Source of the DNA: an uncultured Acidobacteriota bacterium | GTDB lineage: Bacteria; Acidobacteriota; Vicinamibacteria; Vicinamibacterales; UBA8438 | DNA length: 64,000 nt | NCBI GenBank assembly: GCA_913043225.1 | Contig: CAJWLU010000008.1 | Coordinates: 32,001 to 96,000 of the forward strand | Reading direction: 5' to 3' | Shown here: positions 46,014-55,632 of the stretch, one piece after another | Position numbering within the stretch: the first letter of the stretch is position 1 | How the letters are laid out: each line of letters starts with the position of its first letter | Program-made: the position numbers and the translations under genes | The notes under the pieces: model-generated | What the model saw: the letters and a program-made list of their open reading frames with translations, nothing else | Told to the model about the DNA's origin: nothing | The model's database searches: none

Positions 46014-48464
46014 ATGTACCGGGTCGTAGTTCTTGTTCTGATCGGTGTGCTTACGGGTACCGGGGCCGCGACGGCCCAGTCGCTGCAGGAAGACGTCCGT
46101 CCGCTTGTGCGCGAGTCGTGCGTGCGTTGCCACGGTGTGCGCACCGTCACCCCGCTCAACCTGGTCGATCTCGGGTACGACCTGTCGGACCGCGAGACGT
46201 TCGCGACCTGGGAGAAAGTCTACGAGCGGCTCGAACGAGGGGAGATGCCCCCGTCGACGGCGGCCCAGCCTGACGGAACGGTTGTTGACGCCGCGCTCGC
46301 CTCGCTGAAGCTGGCCTTGACCGACGCGAGCGTGACGGCGCGCGGTGATCAGCGCACGCCTCTGCGCCGGCTGACCCGTCTCGAGTACGGCTACACCATC
46401 TCGGATCTGATCGGGGTGGACGAGGAGATCGGCGAAGAGCTGGGCCAGAGTCTGCCGGCCGAGGCCGACTCGGGCGGGTTCGACACCGTCGCCGCCAACC
46501 AGGCGATGTCGCCGCTCCATATCCAGAGCTATCTCGCCGCCGCTGACGCCGCTCTGGACGCCGCGCTGGTCGTCGGGCCGCCGCCGCCGGTCGACCTGTA
46601 TCACGTCGACTACGGTGTCTCGCAGTATCTCTATGGCATCGCCAACGCGAGAGCGATCGGCCTCGGCAGCGTCTTGCAGCTCGATGACGCCTACGTCCAG
46701 TTCTTCGACTTCACCTCCACCTACACGTTCCACAGCATGTCGGAGGGGATCGCCATCCCGTATCCCGGCCGGTACGACGTGACCGTGGAGGCCTATCCCT
46801 ATCAGGCCCGGACACCGGTCGGGTTCATGGTGTACCACGGTAAGCTGGCGGGCGTGGCGGCGTCGCTCGACGAGCTGATCGGGGCCTACGATCTGGAGGC
46901 CGGCGAGACGACGGCGGTCAAGCTGAGGCCGTTCATGCGTCCTGGCGACCTGATCGGCGTGACGCCGATCGATACCGATGTTCCCCCGGACGCCGATCCC
47001 GCCACCCTCTCACCGGCGGACCCCGCCGACGGTTACATCGATCTCATCCAGGACTATCCCGGCGAAGGAGTGGCGTTCAAGTCGATGACGATCGAGGGGC
47101 CCATCCTCGACGCCTGGCCTCCCGAGAGCACGCGTCAGCTCCTGGTCGGGGTCGAGTTTGATGAGGAGCACCAGGTCCGTCTGACCAAGGAGCCGTATGC
47201 TCACGTGGTGGACGTCGTGGCGGCCTTCGCCCCGCGCGCGTTCCGCCGGCCGTTAAGCGATGAGCAGATCGAGGCCTATGCCTCGTTGGCGCGTCCCCTG
47301 ATAGAAGAGGGGCGGCCGTTCCTCGAGGCGGTGCGGGTACCCTTGCGCGCCATTCTCAGCGCGCCAGCCTTTCTCTTTCACGGCGCGTCGGCGTCGGCCG
47401 AGCTCGACGACTTCGACCTGGCCACCAGGCTGTCGTACTTTCTCTGGCGAAGCATGCCCGACGAGGCGCTGCTCGCGGCGGCCCGCGACGGCCGGCTGTC
47501 TGACTCGTCGGCGCTGATCGCGCAGGTCGACCGGATGCTGGACGACCCGAAGTCCTCGCGGTTCGTCAAAGACTTCGCCGGCCAGGCGTTCCGGATCTAC
47601 GAGTTGAGGTCCACCACGCCTGACCCGGGGCTCTATCCGGAATACGAAGACCGGCTTGGCCAGGCGATGGCCTGGGAGACGCAGCTCTTCTTCGGTGAGC
47701 TGATCGCCAGCAACCTCGGGGCGGGCGCCCTGATCGACGCCGACTTCACGTTCTTGAATCGGCGGCTGGCCGACCACTACGGCGTGCCGGATGTCGTCGG
47801 CATGCAGATGCGCAAGGTGGACCTCCCGGCCGGGAGTCCGCGCGGCGGGCTGCTGACCCAGGCCGCCGTCCACAAGATCACGGCCAACGGCACCGCGACC
47901 TCACCGATTCCCCGTGGCAACTTCGTCTTGACGAACCTACTGGGGCGTCCGGCGCCGCCACCGCCCGCCGAGGTGGGCGCGCTCGAACCGGATACCCGCG
48001 GTACGACGACCATCCGTGAGCAGCTCGACGCCCACCGGAGCAGCCCGGTGTGCGCGAACTGTCACCGGGTGATCGACCCGCCCGGGTTCGCCATGGAGTC
48101 GTTCGACCCGATCGGCGGGTTCAGGACGAACTATCGCGTGCCGGGTGAGGCGATGGACTTCGACGGTTTCATAGTGCCCGGGCCTTTCACGGACGGAGCG
48201 CGGGTCGACGCGAGCGGCGTGACCCCAGGGGGCGACAGCTTCGCGGACATCAACGAGTACAAGCGACTGCTGATCGATACCGAGCTCGACGCGGTGGCCG
48301 GTCACTTGGCGTCGCAATTGCTGATCTTTGCGACCGGTGCCGAGATCGCGTTCGCCGACCGTGCGGCGGTCGACGGCATCGTTAATGCCGGTCGCACCGA
48401 AGGCCATCCGGTGCGCACGATGATTCAGCGGATCGTTGGCAGTGACCTGTTCAAGACGCGCTGA
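46014..48464 (+). CDS. DUF1592-family protein, paralog B
   Basis: Signal peptide; CVRCH, CANCH; co-linear with paralog A. Confidence 0.92.
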   Translation: MYRVVVLVLIGVLTGTGAATAQSLQEDVRPLVRESCVRCHGVRTVTPLNLVDLGYDLSDRETFATWEKVYERLERGEMPPSTAAQPDGTVVDAALASLKLALTDASVTARGDQRTPLRRLTRLEYGYTISDLIGVDEEIGEELGQSLPAEADSGGFDTVAANQAMSPLHIQSYLAAADAALDAALVVGPPPPVDLYHVDYGVSQYLYGIANARAIGLGSVLQLDDAYVQFFDFTSTYTFHSMSEGIAIPYPGRYDVTVEAYPYQARTPVGFMVYHGKLAGVAASLDELIGAYDLEAGETTAVKLRPFMRPGDLIGVTPIDTDVPPDADPATLSPADPADGYIDLIQDYPGEGVAFKSMTIEGPILDAWPPESTRQLLVGVEFDEEHQVRLTKEPYAHVVDVVAAFAPRAFRRPLSDEQIEAYASLARPLIEEGRPFLEAVRVPLRAILSAPAFLFHGASASAELDDFDLATRLSYFLWRSMPDEALLAAARDGRLSDSSALIAQVDRMLDDPKSSRFVKDFAGQAFRIYELRSTTPDPGLYPEYEDRLGQAMAWETQLFFGELIASNLGAGALIDADFTFLNRRLADHYGVPDVVGMQMRKVDLPAGSPRGGLLTQAAVHKITANGTATSPIPRGNFVLTNLLGRPAPPPPAEVGALEPDTRGTTTIREQLDAHRSSPVCANCHRVIDPPGFAMESFDPIGGFRTNYRVPGEAMDFDGFIVPGPFTDGARVDASGVTPGGDSFADINEYKRLLIDTELDAVAGHLASQLLIFATGAEIAFADRAAVDGIVNAGRTEGHPVRTMIQRIVGSDLFKTR

Positions 48465-48535
48465 CCCAGGTGTGTCTGTCCGGGTCGACGTTATACTTCC
48501 CTCTACAGAGGTGTGAGCTCCATAACGAGGTTCCT

Positions 48536-49579
48536 ATGAGTGTGTACCGCCTAATTTGTTTCGTGCTGGTTGCAGTTGCGGCGCTTTCCCTTGGCGCAGT
48601 ACCGGCTCGGGCCCAGGATGATCAAGGCGTCATCCGAGGGTGGGTGTTCATCGAGGGTGGGGACCGAGACGGGGTCCCGGGTGCTGTGGTGACAGCTGAA
48701 CCCCCAGCGTATCAGGCTGACGGCATCACGGAAGAGACACTGGCCATCACGGTTGAAGCCGACGTTTCTGACAACGGGCGTTTCAACCTTAACTGGCTTC
48801 GCAGTGGCATTTGGAACGTGACTGCCTCTGCCGAGGGGTTCAGCGACGTGCGGCTCCGGATCGAGGTAACCCAGGGGACGGCCAGAGAGTCGTACGCCTG
48901 CACGGAGACCCAGGTGCAGAAGTGCCAGGATCCGGTCGAGTTCCATATGGCTCGCCTCAAGACCGAGGCCAATGTGACCGTCGATGCGGCGCTCGGTGAC
49001 GCTGAGGACACCGAACGGGAAGAGGCCAGGCTGCAGCTGACTGCGGCCGACGATGCCTATAACGCCGGTGATTATTGGACGGCCATTAGCAGCTACGACC
49101 AGTTGTTGGAGAGTTGGCCGCAGATGGCCATGCTTCATGAGGACCGCGGAGACGCCTATCGGTCACTTGGGCAGTTCGCGGAGGCCCTTACGGCATACGA
49201 ACTCTTCTTGGCGACCGAGCCGGAGGCCGACGTGGTCGAGGCGGTCGAGCGAAAAATGGTCCGGGCGCGGCTGCTGGCTGGTGATCTCGACGCCGCCGGA
49301 GATCTGGCGTCCGCCGGGGGCGACGCGTCGCGAGAGGACCTCTATAACTTGGGCGAGGTGGCGTTCCAGCAAGGCAACATCGACGACGCCGCCGGCTGGT
49401 ACGAGAAGTCGGCGGCTGCTGACCCGACCTGGGAGGCACCCGTTTTCAAGCTTGGGATGGTTGCATTGAATCGTGGGGACATGGAGGGCGCTAAGGTGTT
49501 CTTCCGGACGGTGGTCGAATTGGCGCCGGACTCTCCGGAAGGGGTGCAGGCGGCCGCCACGCTCTCGGCGCTTCCGTAG
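48536..49579 (+). CDS. Secreted carboxypeptidase-regulatory-like domain + TPR protein
   Basis: Signal peptide; IRGWV...VPGAVVTA...GRF...LRSGIWNVTASAEGF; C-terminal TPRs (YNLGEVAF, FKLGMVAL). Confidence 0.8.
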   Translation: MSVYRLICFVLVAVAALSLGAVPARAQDDQGVIRGWVFIEGGDRDGVPGAVVTAEPPAYQADGITEETLAITVEADVSDNGRFNLNWLRSGIWNVTASAEGFSDVRLRIEVTQGTARESYACTETQVQKCQDPVEFHMARLKTEANVTVDAALGDAEDTEREEARLQLTAADDAYNAGDYWTAISSYDQLLESWPQMAMLHEDRGDAYRSLGQFAEALTAYELFLATEPEADVVEAVERKMVRARLLAGDLDAAGDLASAGGDASREDLYNLGEVAFQQGNIDDAAGWYEKSAAADPTWEAPVFKLGMVALNRGDMEGAKVFFRTVVELAPDSPEGVQAAATLSALP

Positions 49580-49612
49580 TACGTGACTGACTCCGTAATT
49601 GAGGCATCTGAT

Positions 49613-50536
49613 ATGAACGTCGACACATACCGTAACGTTTTTTCGAGTGCGCTGGCGTTGACGCTTGTGCTGTTTGGGGCACCTGTCACGTTTGCCCAGT
49701 CGCCGGCGTTGTTCGTGAGTTTTACCGACGCCAACGACGGTACCCCCGTCACCGACATTACCGCTGATGAGGTCGTCATCGAGGTGGACGGAGCCCATGG
49801 CGAGACACTCAACCTCGAACCGATCGACTGGCCGGTACGGGTCACTATCTTTGTCGATAACGGGGTGGCGAGTGTGCCCGCGTTGGCCGACATGCGCGAG
49901 GGGGTCACGCTTTTCCTGGAAGAAATGCCGCCTGACGTTGAGGTGGCCATCGGAACCATCGGCGGACGACCACAGTTTCAGGCTCGGCATACGACCGATC
50001 GAGCGGAGCTTGCTGATGCCATCGGTACGATTGCGCCGGACATGGAAGGTGCAGCCATGTTTGTTGACGCGCTCTATGAAGAAGCGGAGCGGATGCACGA
50101 GGACGAGGAAGGGCAGTACTTCCCGGTTGTCGTGATGGTTGCGACCAATGGTCCCGAGGGCAGCAGTCGGGTGCGAGAACGGCCGTTCAGGGAGATGATG
50201 GAACGTCTGTTCGCGAACAGCGCCACCGTTCACACCAAGATGTGGGCTATCATCAGCGCCGGGGGTATCGCGCAGGGGGGCGACCAGGGCCAGCTTGGGC
50301 AAAGCATCGGTGAAGCGACGGGTGGCACTTTCGAAGCATTGACCTCGTCTAATGGGTTCCGGACCCTGCTGCCGGCGCTGGCCCAAGATATTGCCCGGAA
50401 GCACCGCCTAGTAAGCAGCCAGTATCGCGTAACCTTTGCGCCTCCGGAGGAGGCATCCGACCAACCGGCCATCCGGGTCTTGACCACCCGCTCCGGAGTG
50501 AATATGACGCCGACTATGAACGGGAACATTCCGTAG
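49613..50536 (+). CDS. Secreted VWA-like domain protein, paralog A
   Basis: FVSFTD..GTPVTD, VTIFVDNG, IGEATGGTF, SQYRVTF pattern of acidobacterial VWFA-related proteins. Confidence 0.7.
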   Translation: MNVDTYRNVFSSALALTLVLFGAPVTFAQSPALFVSFTDANDGTPVTDITADEVVIEVDGAHGETLNLEPIDWPVRVTIFVDNGVASVPALADMREGVTLFLEEMPPDVEVAIGTIGGRPQFQARHTTDRAELADAIGTIAPDMEGAAMFVDALYEEAERMHEDEEGQYFPVVVMVATNGPEGSSRVRERPFREMMERLFANSATVHTKMWAIISAGGIAQGGDQGQLGQSIGEATGGTFEALTSSNGFRTLLPALAQDIARKHRLVSSQYRVTFAPPEEASDQPAIRVLTTRSGVNMTPTMNGNIP

Positions 50537-50867
50537 AGAGCTCGGTGTTGCGTCGCCGAGGGCCATTTTCAGGATTGTTCACTGCGTCTAACCCTATCCA
50601 ATCGTTTGGATGGTAAATTCAAACACTTGAACGACCGATAGTAGGTTGAACGGTTGAGATGGAGCTAAATCTGGGCTGATTGGTGTGAGTTCAGGATGGC
50701 TTGAATCTTGCTGAGTCTTCCGTGGAAGCGGCTGAGGCTTGCCTCGGCTTCGGTGTGTGTGTTAAAAATTGGTGAAACGAAAGAGCGTGACAGGTTCCTG
50801 TTTGCGTCCGTGTGACGGAGACTGGACACCCCTGAAGTTATGGGGCCTCTGGAGGGAATGCAGGGAT

Positions 50868-53777
50868 ATGCCTAGGAACATTGGCGCAATTGTCGTACTC
50901 GTTATCGCCGGCCTCGTGTTGGCACCGTCCGCAGGCTGGGCGCAGGAAGATGCCGGCATCGGCGGCCGAATTGTCGACGACACCGGGGGCGTGCTCCCTG
51001 GCGTGTCGGTCAACGTTACCAGTCCTGCACTCCTCGCCGATCGCGAGGCATTCAGTGACGCAGCCGGAAACTTTCTCGTCACCAACCTGCCCTCGGGCGA
51101 GTATACGGTGACATTCACGTTGCAGGGCTTCGGCACCGTCGTACGCGAGGGGGTCACGCTCCAGGGTGCCTTCGTGGCGGATCTCGACATCGAACTCGGC
51201 GTCGGCGCCGTTGCTGAAACCCTGACGGTACGGGGCGCCGCGCCCCTCGTCGACGTTAGGAGCACGCGGAACCAGCAGGTGCTGACTGCCGACCGGGTGA
51301 ACGTTCTCCCGGGCGCAGCGAACATCTATCAGGCATCCCAGTACGTGCCTGGTGTGGTTATCGGTGGACCCTACGGCGGGCGTCCGGAACTACACGGATC
51401 GGATGCTTTGGACGGCCTGCCTGCCATCGACGGCGTGCAGACTGGAGCGCAGCTCCAAGGCCGCGGTGAGTGGGGCGGCGGCATCGGTGGCGTCACCAAC
51501 GAGGCGCAGGTCACCGAAGTCGTCTTCGACGTCGCGTCGCAGTCCGCTGAGTACGCCACAAGCGGGATGCGGACCAACGTCGTCCCCAAGTCGGGCGGAA
51601 ACACGTTCGCCTACAACGTCTTCGTAGACGGCACGAACTCGAAGTTTCAGTCGAACAACCTGAGTCCGGCCCTTGAGGAACAGGGCTTCGCGTTCGCGCC
51701 GGTCGACTATCGGTGGAATCTCAATCCCGCGGTTGGGGGCCCGATCGTTCGAGACAAGCTTTGGTTCTTTGGCTCGGTCCTGACCGGGCAGAGCCGAAAC
51801 TTCATTCTCGACCAGTTCTTTGACCTGAATGAACCGTCGACGCCGTCTTCGGTCACCGAGGACGATCTGCGGGCCTTCAATCAGCGGACCCCGAATCAGC
51901 AGAGCCTCCGCCTGACGTGGCAGGCCACCCAACGGCACAAGTTCGCGGTCAACATCATGCACGAGAACACGCCTTATTCCCGTGCTATGCCGTCTGGCGT
52001 ATTTGGTAAGATTGCCCCGGCGTCAGCCTACCAAGGCGATAGCCCGGACCTACTCGTCAGCACGCGATGGACCGCACCAGTGACGAATGCGCTGCTCTTG
52101 GAGGCAGACTTCGCATACCAGAAGGCCCACATCAACACGCGGCCGATGGATCACGGCGAAGCGCGGATGCAGATTTCTGACGTCGCGAGCGGTGCTGTTA
52201 CCTCGAGCAGTTTCCAGAACCACCACAACATCGACTATCACCACCGTGTCAACGCGTCGATGTCGTACGTGACCGGCTCGCACAACTTCAAGGCGGGCCT
52301 CAAGTACGACCGGAATAACACCTCCCTCTCCTACACGCCGCCAGGGGAGATCTTCTCGGGCTACGCGTTCAACGGGTGGCCGATCGGGATCCTGGTGGGT
52401 GTTAACGGGACCAGCAAAAGCAACATCAACATGAACTGCGACTGTGGCATCTATGTGCAGGATGCTTGGACGCTAGACCGGCTGACGATCAACGGTGGGT
52501 TCCGGTTCGACTGGTTCAATAACTCAGTTCCGGGCGGTACCCGTCCCGAGGGCTACTGGGCGCCGGCGCTGACGCTTCCTGACCCCATCATCGAAAACGT
52601 GCCGAACTGGAAGAATTTCAACGGGCGGTTCGGTATCGCCTATGACCTGTTCGGTGACGGTTCGACTGCGGTGAAGATGTCCGCGGGGCGCTTCGTTGAG
52701 TACCACGGCACCGGGCTGACCCAGGGCTTCAACCCGGTCAACGCCTATTCACTCGACTGGCGGTCGTGGACTGACCTCAATTACGACGGCACTGCGCTTA
52801 ACCCTGATGGGACACCGCAGTTCGACGAGGTTGGGCCTTCGAACAACCCGAACTTTGGGACCGGCACCATCCAGACTCAGCTTGACCCGGATGCGCCGCG
52901 GAACACCAACTGGGAGTACTCGGCCGGCATCGAGCGCCAGCTTGGTCCCGGCTGGTCGGTTAGCGGAATGTGGCACCGACGGAGCTACGGCAACTTCCGG
53001 TGGACCGATAACCTGAACACCTCCGCGGCCGACTGGTCGTTGGCAGGGACGTGGACCGGTCCGAGCGACTCGCAGCTGCCAGCTCAGGCACAGAATGTTG
53101 TGGTGCCGATCTATACCACCAGCCCGGATCTCAACATCCTGTCGGGCAACGACCTCCTCACCGGGGCGGAGAATGACTGGAGGACGTGGAACGGGTTCGA
53201 GCTCATCGTCGACGGTGAGCTCTGGCGTGGCGGCTTCATGACCGCCAGCGTCACCGCTGGTTCGGCGACCAACAACTTCTGCCAGAGCGGTATTGCAGAG
53301 AATCCGAACTCTCTGCGGTTCTGTAACTACACCACGCCGTATCGGCCGATGGCCAAGCTGTCGGGTGGGCTGCCGTTGCCCTTCGACACCATGATTTCAG
53401 GTATCTTCCAGGTGTTCCCTGGCGAGGAGATCCAGGCCAACTACACCCTCGACCCGACCGATTTCCCTGGTCTGATCAACTTGGGGGACACGACCGCCAC
53501 GATTCCAACTCTGAGCGTCGGCTTGATCGAGCCGGGGACTGAGTTCGAGCCGTATCGGACGCAGACGAACTTCCGGTTCTCGAAGGTCATCACGATGGGT
53601 GGTGGCAATGTGCGGGCGCGTGTTTACATGGACGCCCAGAACATCTTCAATAAGGCTCGGGTCACGAGCCGGAACCGGTCCTGGGGTGGCGGTGGAGTCA
53701 AGAACCCCGAGTTCCTCAGGGTCATTAACATCGAGCCGGGGCGCGTGCTCTCGTTCGGGGTGCAGACCTACTTCTAG
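50868..53777 (+). CDS. TonB-dependent receptor, Oar-like, with N-terminal carboxypeptidase-regulatory domain
   Basis: GRIVDDTGGVLPGV, SAEY..SG..NVVPKSGGN, GGPIVRDKLWFF, YVQDAW..RLTINGGFRFD, RFGIAYDLFGDG.TAVK, C-terminal QTYF. Confidence 0.9.
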   Translation: MPRNIGAIVVLVIAGLVLAPSAGWAQEDAGIGGRIVDDTGGVLPGVSVNVTSPALLADREAFSDAAGNFLVTNLPSGEYTVTFTLQGFGTVVREGVTLQGAFVADLDIELGVGAVAETLTVRGAAPLVDVRSTRNQQVLTADRVNVLPGAANIYQASQYVPGVVIGGPYGGRPELHGSDALDGLPAIDGVQTGAQLQGRGEWGGGIGGVTNEAQVTEVVFDVASQSAEYATSGMRTNVVPKSGGNTFAYNVFVDGTNSKFQSNNLSPALEEQGFAFAPVDYRWNLNPAVGGPIVRDKLWFFGSVLTGQSRNFILDQFFDLNEPSTPSSVTEDDLRAFNQRTPNQQSLRLTWQATQRHKFAVNIMHENTPYSRAMPSGVFGKIAPASAYQGDSPDLLVSTRWTAPVTNALLLEADFAYQKAHINTRPMDHGEARMQISDVASGAVTSSSFQNHHNIDYHHRVNASMSYVTGSHNFKAGLKYDRNNTSLSYTPPGEIFSGYAFNGWPIGILVGVNGTSKSNINMNCDCGIYVQDAWTLDRLTINGGFRFDWFNNSVPGGTRPEGYWAPALTLPDPIIENVPNWKNFNGRFGIAYDLFGDGSTAVKMSAGRFVEYHGTGLTQGFNPVNAYSLDWRSWTDLNYDGTALNPDGTPQFDEVGPSNNPNFGTGTIQTQLDPDAPRNTNWEYSAGIERQLGPGWSVSGMWHRRSYGNFRWTDNLNTSAADWSLAGTWTGPSDSQLPAQAQNVVVPIYTTSPDLNILSGNDLLTGAENDWRTWNGFELIVDGELWRGGFMTASVTAGSATNNFCQSGIAENPNSLRFCNYTTPYRPMAKLSGGLPLPFDTMISGIFQVFPGEEIQANYTLDPTDFPGLINLGDTTATIPTLSVGLIEPGTEFEPYRTQTNFRFSKVITMGGGNVRARVYMDAQNIFNKARVTSRNRSWGGGGVKNPEFLRVINIEPGRVLSFGVQTYF

Positions 53778-53800
53778 AGCCGTTTTTCCGGGGTAACATG

Positions 53801-53839
53801 AAACGCCGGGGAGCCGAAAGGCTCCCCGGCGTTTTTTTT
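53801..53839 (+). terminator. Rho-independent terminator
   Basis: AAACGCCGGGGAGCC-GAAA-GGCTCCCCGGCGTTT perfect 15-bp stem, GNRA loop, run of 8 T, 23 nt after the receptor stop. Confidence 0.9.
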
Positions 53840-53850
53840 GGGCGCGCATC

Positions 53851-55632
53851 ATGCCAAGTCTCTTGTTTTTCGGCCGCGGTCTCGCCGCTGGGCTACTGCT
53901 CGCGGTTGCTGCCGACGCGTTACCACAGCCCGCAGCACCCCACGCTGGCGAGGTCTGGTTCACCGAACAAGCCGAGGCGGTTGGCATCGACTTTGTGCAC
54001 TTCAATGGGATGTCGGGCGAGCTCTACGTGAGTGAACTTTTGGCCCCGGGCGCCGCGGTGTTTGACATGGACAACGACGGTGACCTCGACATCTATCTCA
54101 TTCAGGGGCAAATGCTCGGTCCGGGCAAAACGCTCGACGATGCGCTTCTTCCGCCGCAGACCACTCCGTTGACGGACCGCCTCTATAGGAACGATTTGGC
54201 CATTGATAGTGACGGGCGACGCATACTGCAATTCAGAGATGTCACCGAAGCGAGTGGGCTCGACGTGCGCTCGTACGGCATGGGCGTCGCCGCGGGCGAC
54301 GTCGACAATGATGGCTGGGTCGACCTTTATCGCACCGGCCTTGGTCCGGATCAGCTGTTCCTCAATAACGGCGACGGAACCTTTGCCGATGTGTCGGACC
54401 GGATCGGCATGGGGAATCCGGGGTGGGGTGTGTCGGCGTCATTCGTGGACTTCGATGGTGACGGCTGGCTCGACCTGTTCGTGGGCAACTACCTCCAGCA
54501 CGATCTCGACGCCCGCCAGCCAGAATGTCTGACGCGTACGGGGGAACGGGACTACTGTGGCCCGCAGGCCTACGCGGCTGTCCCCGATCGGTTGTTTCGC
54601 AACCGCGGCGACGGCACGTTCGTCGACGTGACGACCCAGGCTCTGGTGGCCGGTGAGTTCGGTCCCGCGCTCGGCGTGGTCGCTTCGGATCTTGACGGTG
54701 ATGGCTGGCAGGACCTTTACGTGGCGAACGACGCCGCGCCAAACCAGCTGTGGATCAACCAGCAGGACGGGAGCTTTCGCAACGGCGCGCTGCTGGCTGG
54801 TACGGCGTTCAACGGCGATGGTCGGGTCGAGGGCAGTATGGGGGTCGATGCCGGCGATTTCGACGGTGATGGTGACGACGATCTCTTTATGACGCACCTG
54901 ACGACGGAGACCAATACTCTCTATGTCAACACTGGTGCCGGGTTGTTCGAGGACCGGACCGTGCAGACCGGTCTCGGCGGCCCGAGTCTGGCCTATACCG
55001 GATTCGGGACCGCCTGGGTGGACCTGGACAACGATGGGTGGCTCGACCTGCTGGTAGCGAATGGTGCCGTGCAGGCCAAGCATCAGCGGTTCTCGAGCCA
55101 GAGTTCGTCCGCGTCGTCACCGGCGACGGGGGCGCCGGCACTGGCCCAGCCCAATCAACTGTTCCGCAATCTGGGCAACGGCCGGTTTGAGGAGACCAGC
55201 GACCGGGCTGGCGTCGTATTCGAGCTGTCTGGAGTGAGTCGAGGCGCCGCGTTCGGTGACGTGGACAACGACGGTGACGTGGACGTACTGGTCACCAACA
55301 ACAACGGTCGGGCACGGCTGCTGATCAACGAGGTCGGTCACCAGCGGTCGTGGGTCGGGTTGCGGCTGGTCGGTGGCGCAGGGCCTCGCGACATGCTGGG
55401 TGCGCGGGTCGGTGTGTTCCGCGACGTGGGCGCTCCGCTTTGGCGTCGGGCAAGGGCCGACGGGAGCTACGCTTCGGCCAGCGATCCCAGGGTGCTTGTG
55501 GGGCTGGGCGAGGCGACGACGGTCGACCATGTTCGCGTGATCTGGCCTGGTGGTCGTGAAGAGGCCTGGACGGATATTCCGGTGAACCGGTGGCTGACCC
55601 TCACCGAGGGCACTGGTCGGAGCCAGCCATGA
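53851..55632 (+). CDS. CRTAC1-like FG-GAP repeat / ASPIC-UnbV protein
   Basis: Repeated D.DNDG..DL Ca-binding motifs; SRGAAFGD; GSYASASD; RVIWPGG. Confidence 0.9.
   Translation: MPSLLFFGRGLAAGLLLAVAADALPQPAAPHAGEVWFTEQAEAVGIDFVHFNGMSGELYVSELLAPGAAVFDMDNDGDLDIYLIQGQMLGPGKTLDDALLPPQTTPLTDRLYRNDLAIDSDGRRILQFRDVTEASGLDVRSYGMGVAAGDVDNDGWVDLYRTGLGPDQLFLNNGDGTFADVSDRIGMGNPGWGVSASFVDFDGDGWLDLFVGNYLQHDLDARQPECLTRTGERDYCGPQAYAAVPDRLFRNRGDGTFVDVTTQALVAGEFGPALGVVASDLDGDGWQDLYVANDAAPNQLWINQQDGSFRNGALLAGTAFNGDGRVEGSMGVDAGDFDGDGDDDLFMTHLTTETNTLYVNTGAGLFEDRTVQTGLGGPSLAYTGFGTAWVDLDNDGWLDLLVANGAVQAKHQRFSSQSSSASSPATGAPALAQPNQLFRNLGNGRFEETSDRAGVVFELSGVSRGAAFGDVDNDGDVDVLVTNNNGRARLLINEVGHQRSWVGLRLVGGAGPRDMLGARVGVFRDVGAPLWRRARADGSYASASDPRVLVGLGEATTVDHVRVIWPGGREEAWTDIPVNRWLTLTEGTGRSQP

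Noticed and set aside
50537..50867. Cobalamin/TPP riboswitch or Fur box upstream of the TonB receptor
   Set aside because: The conserved core sequences were not found by eye.
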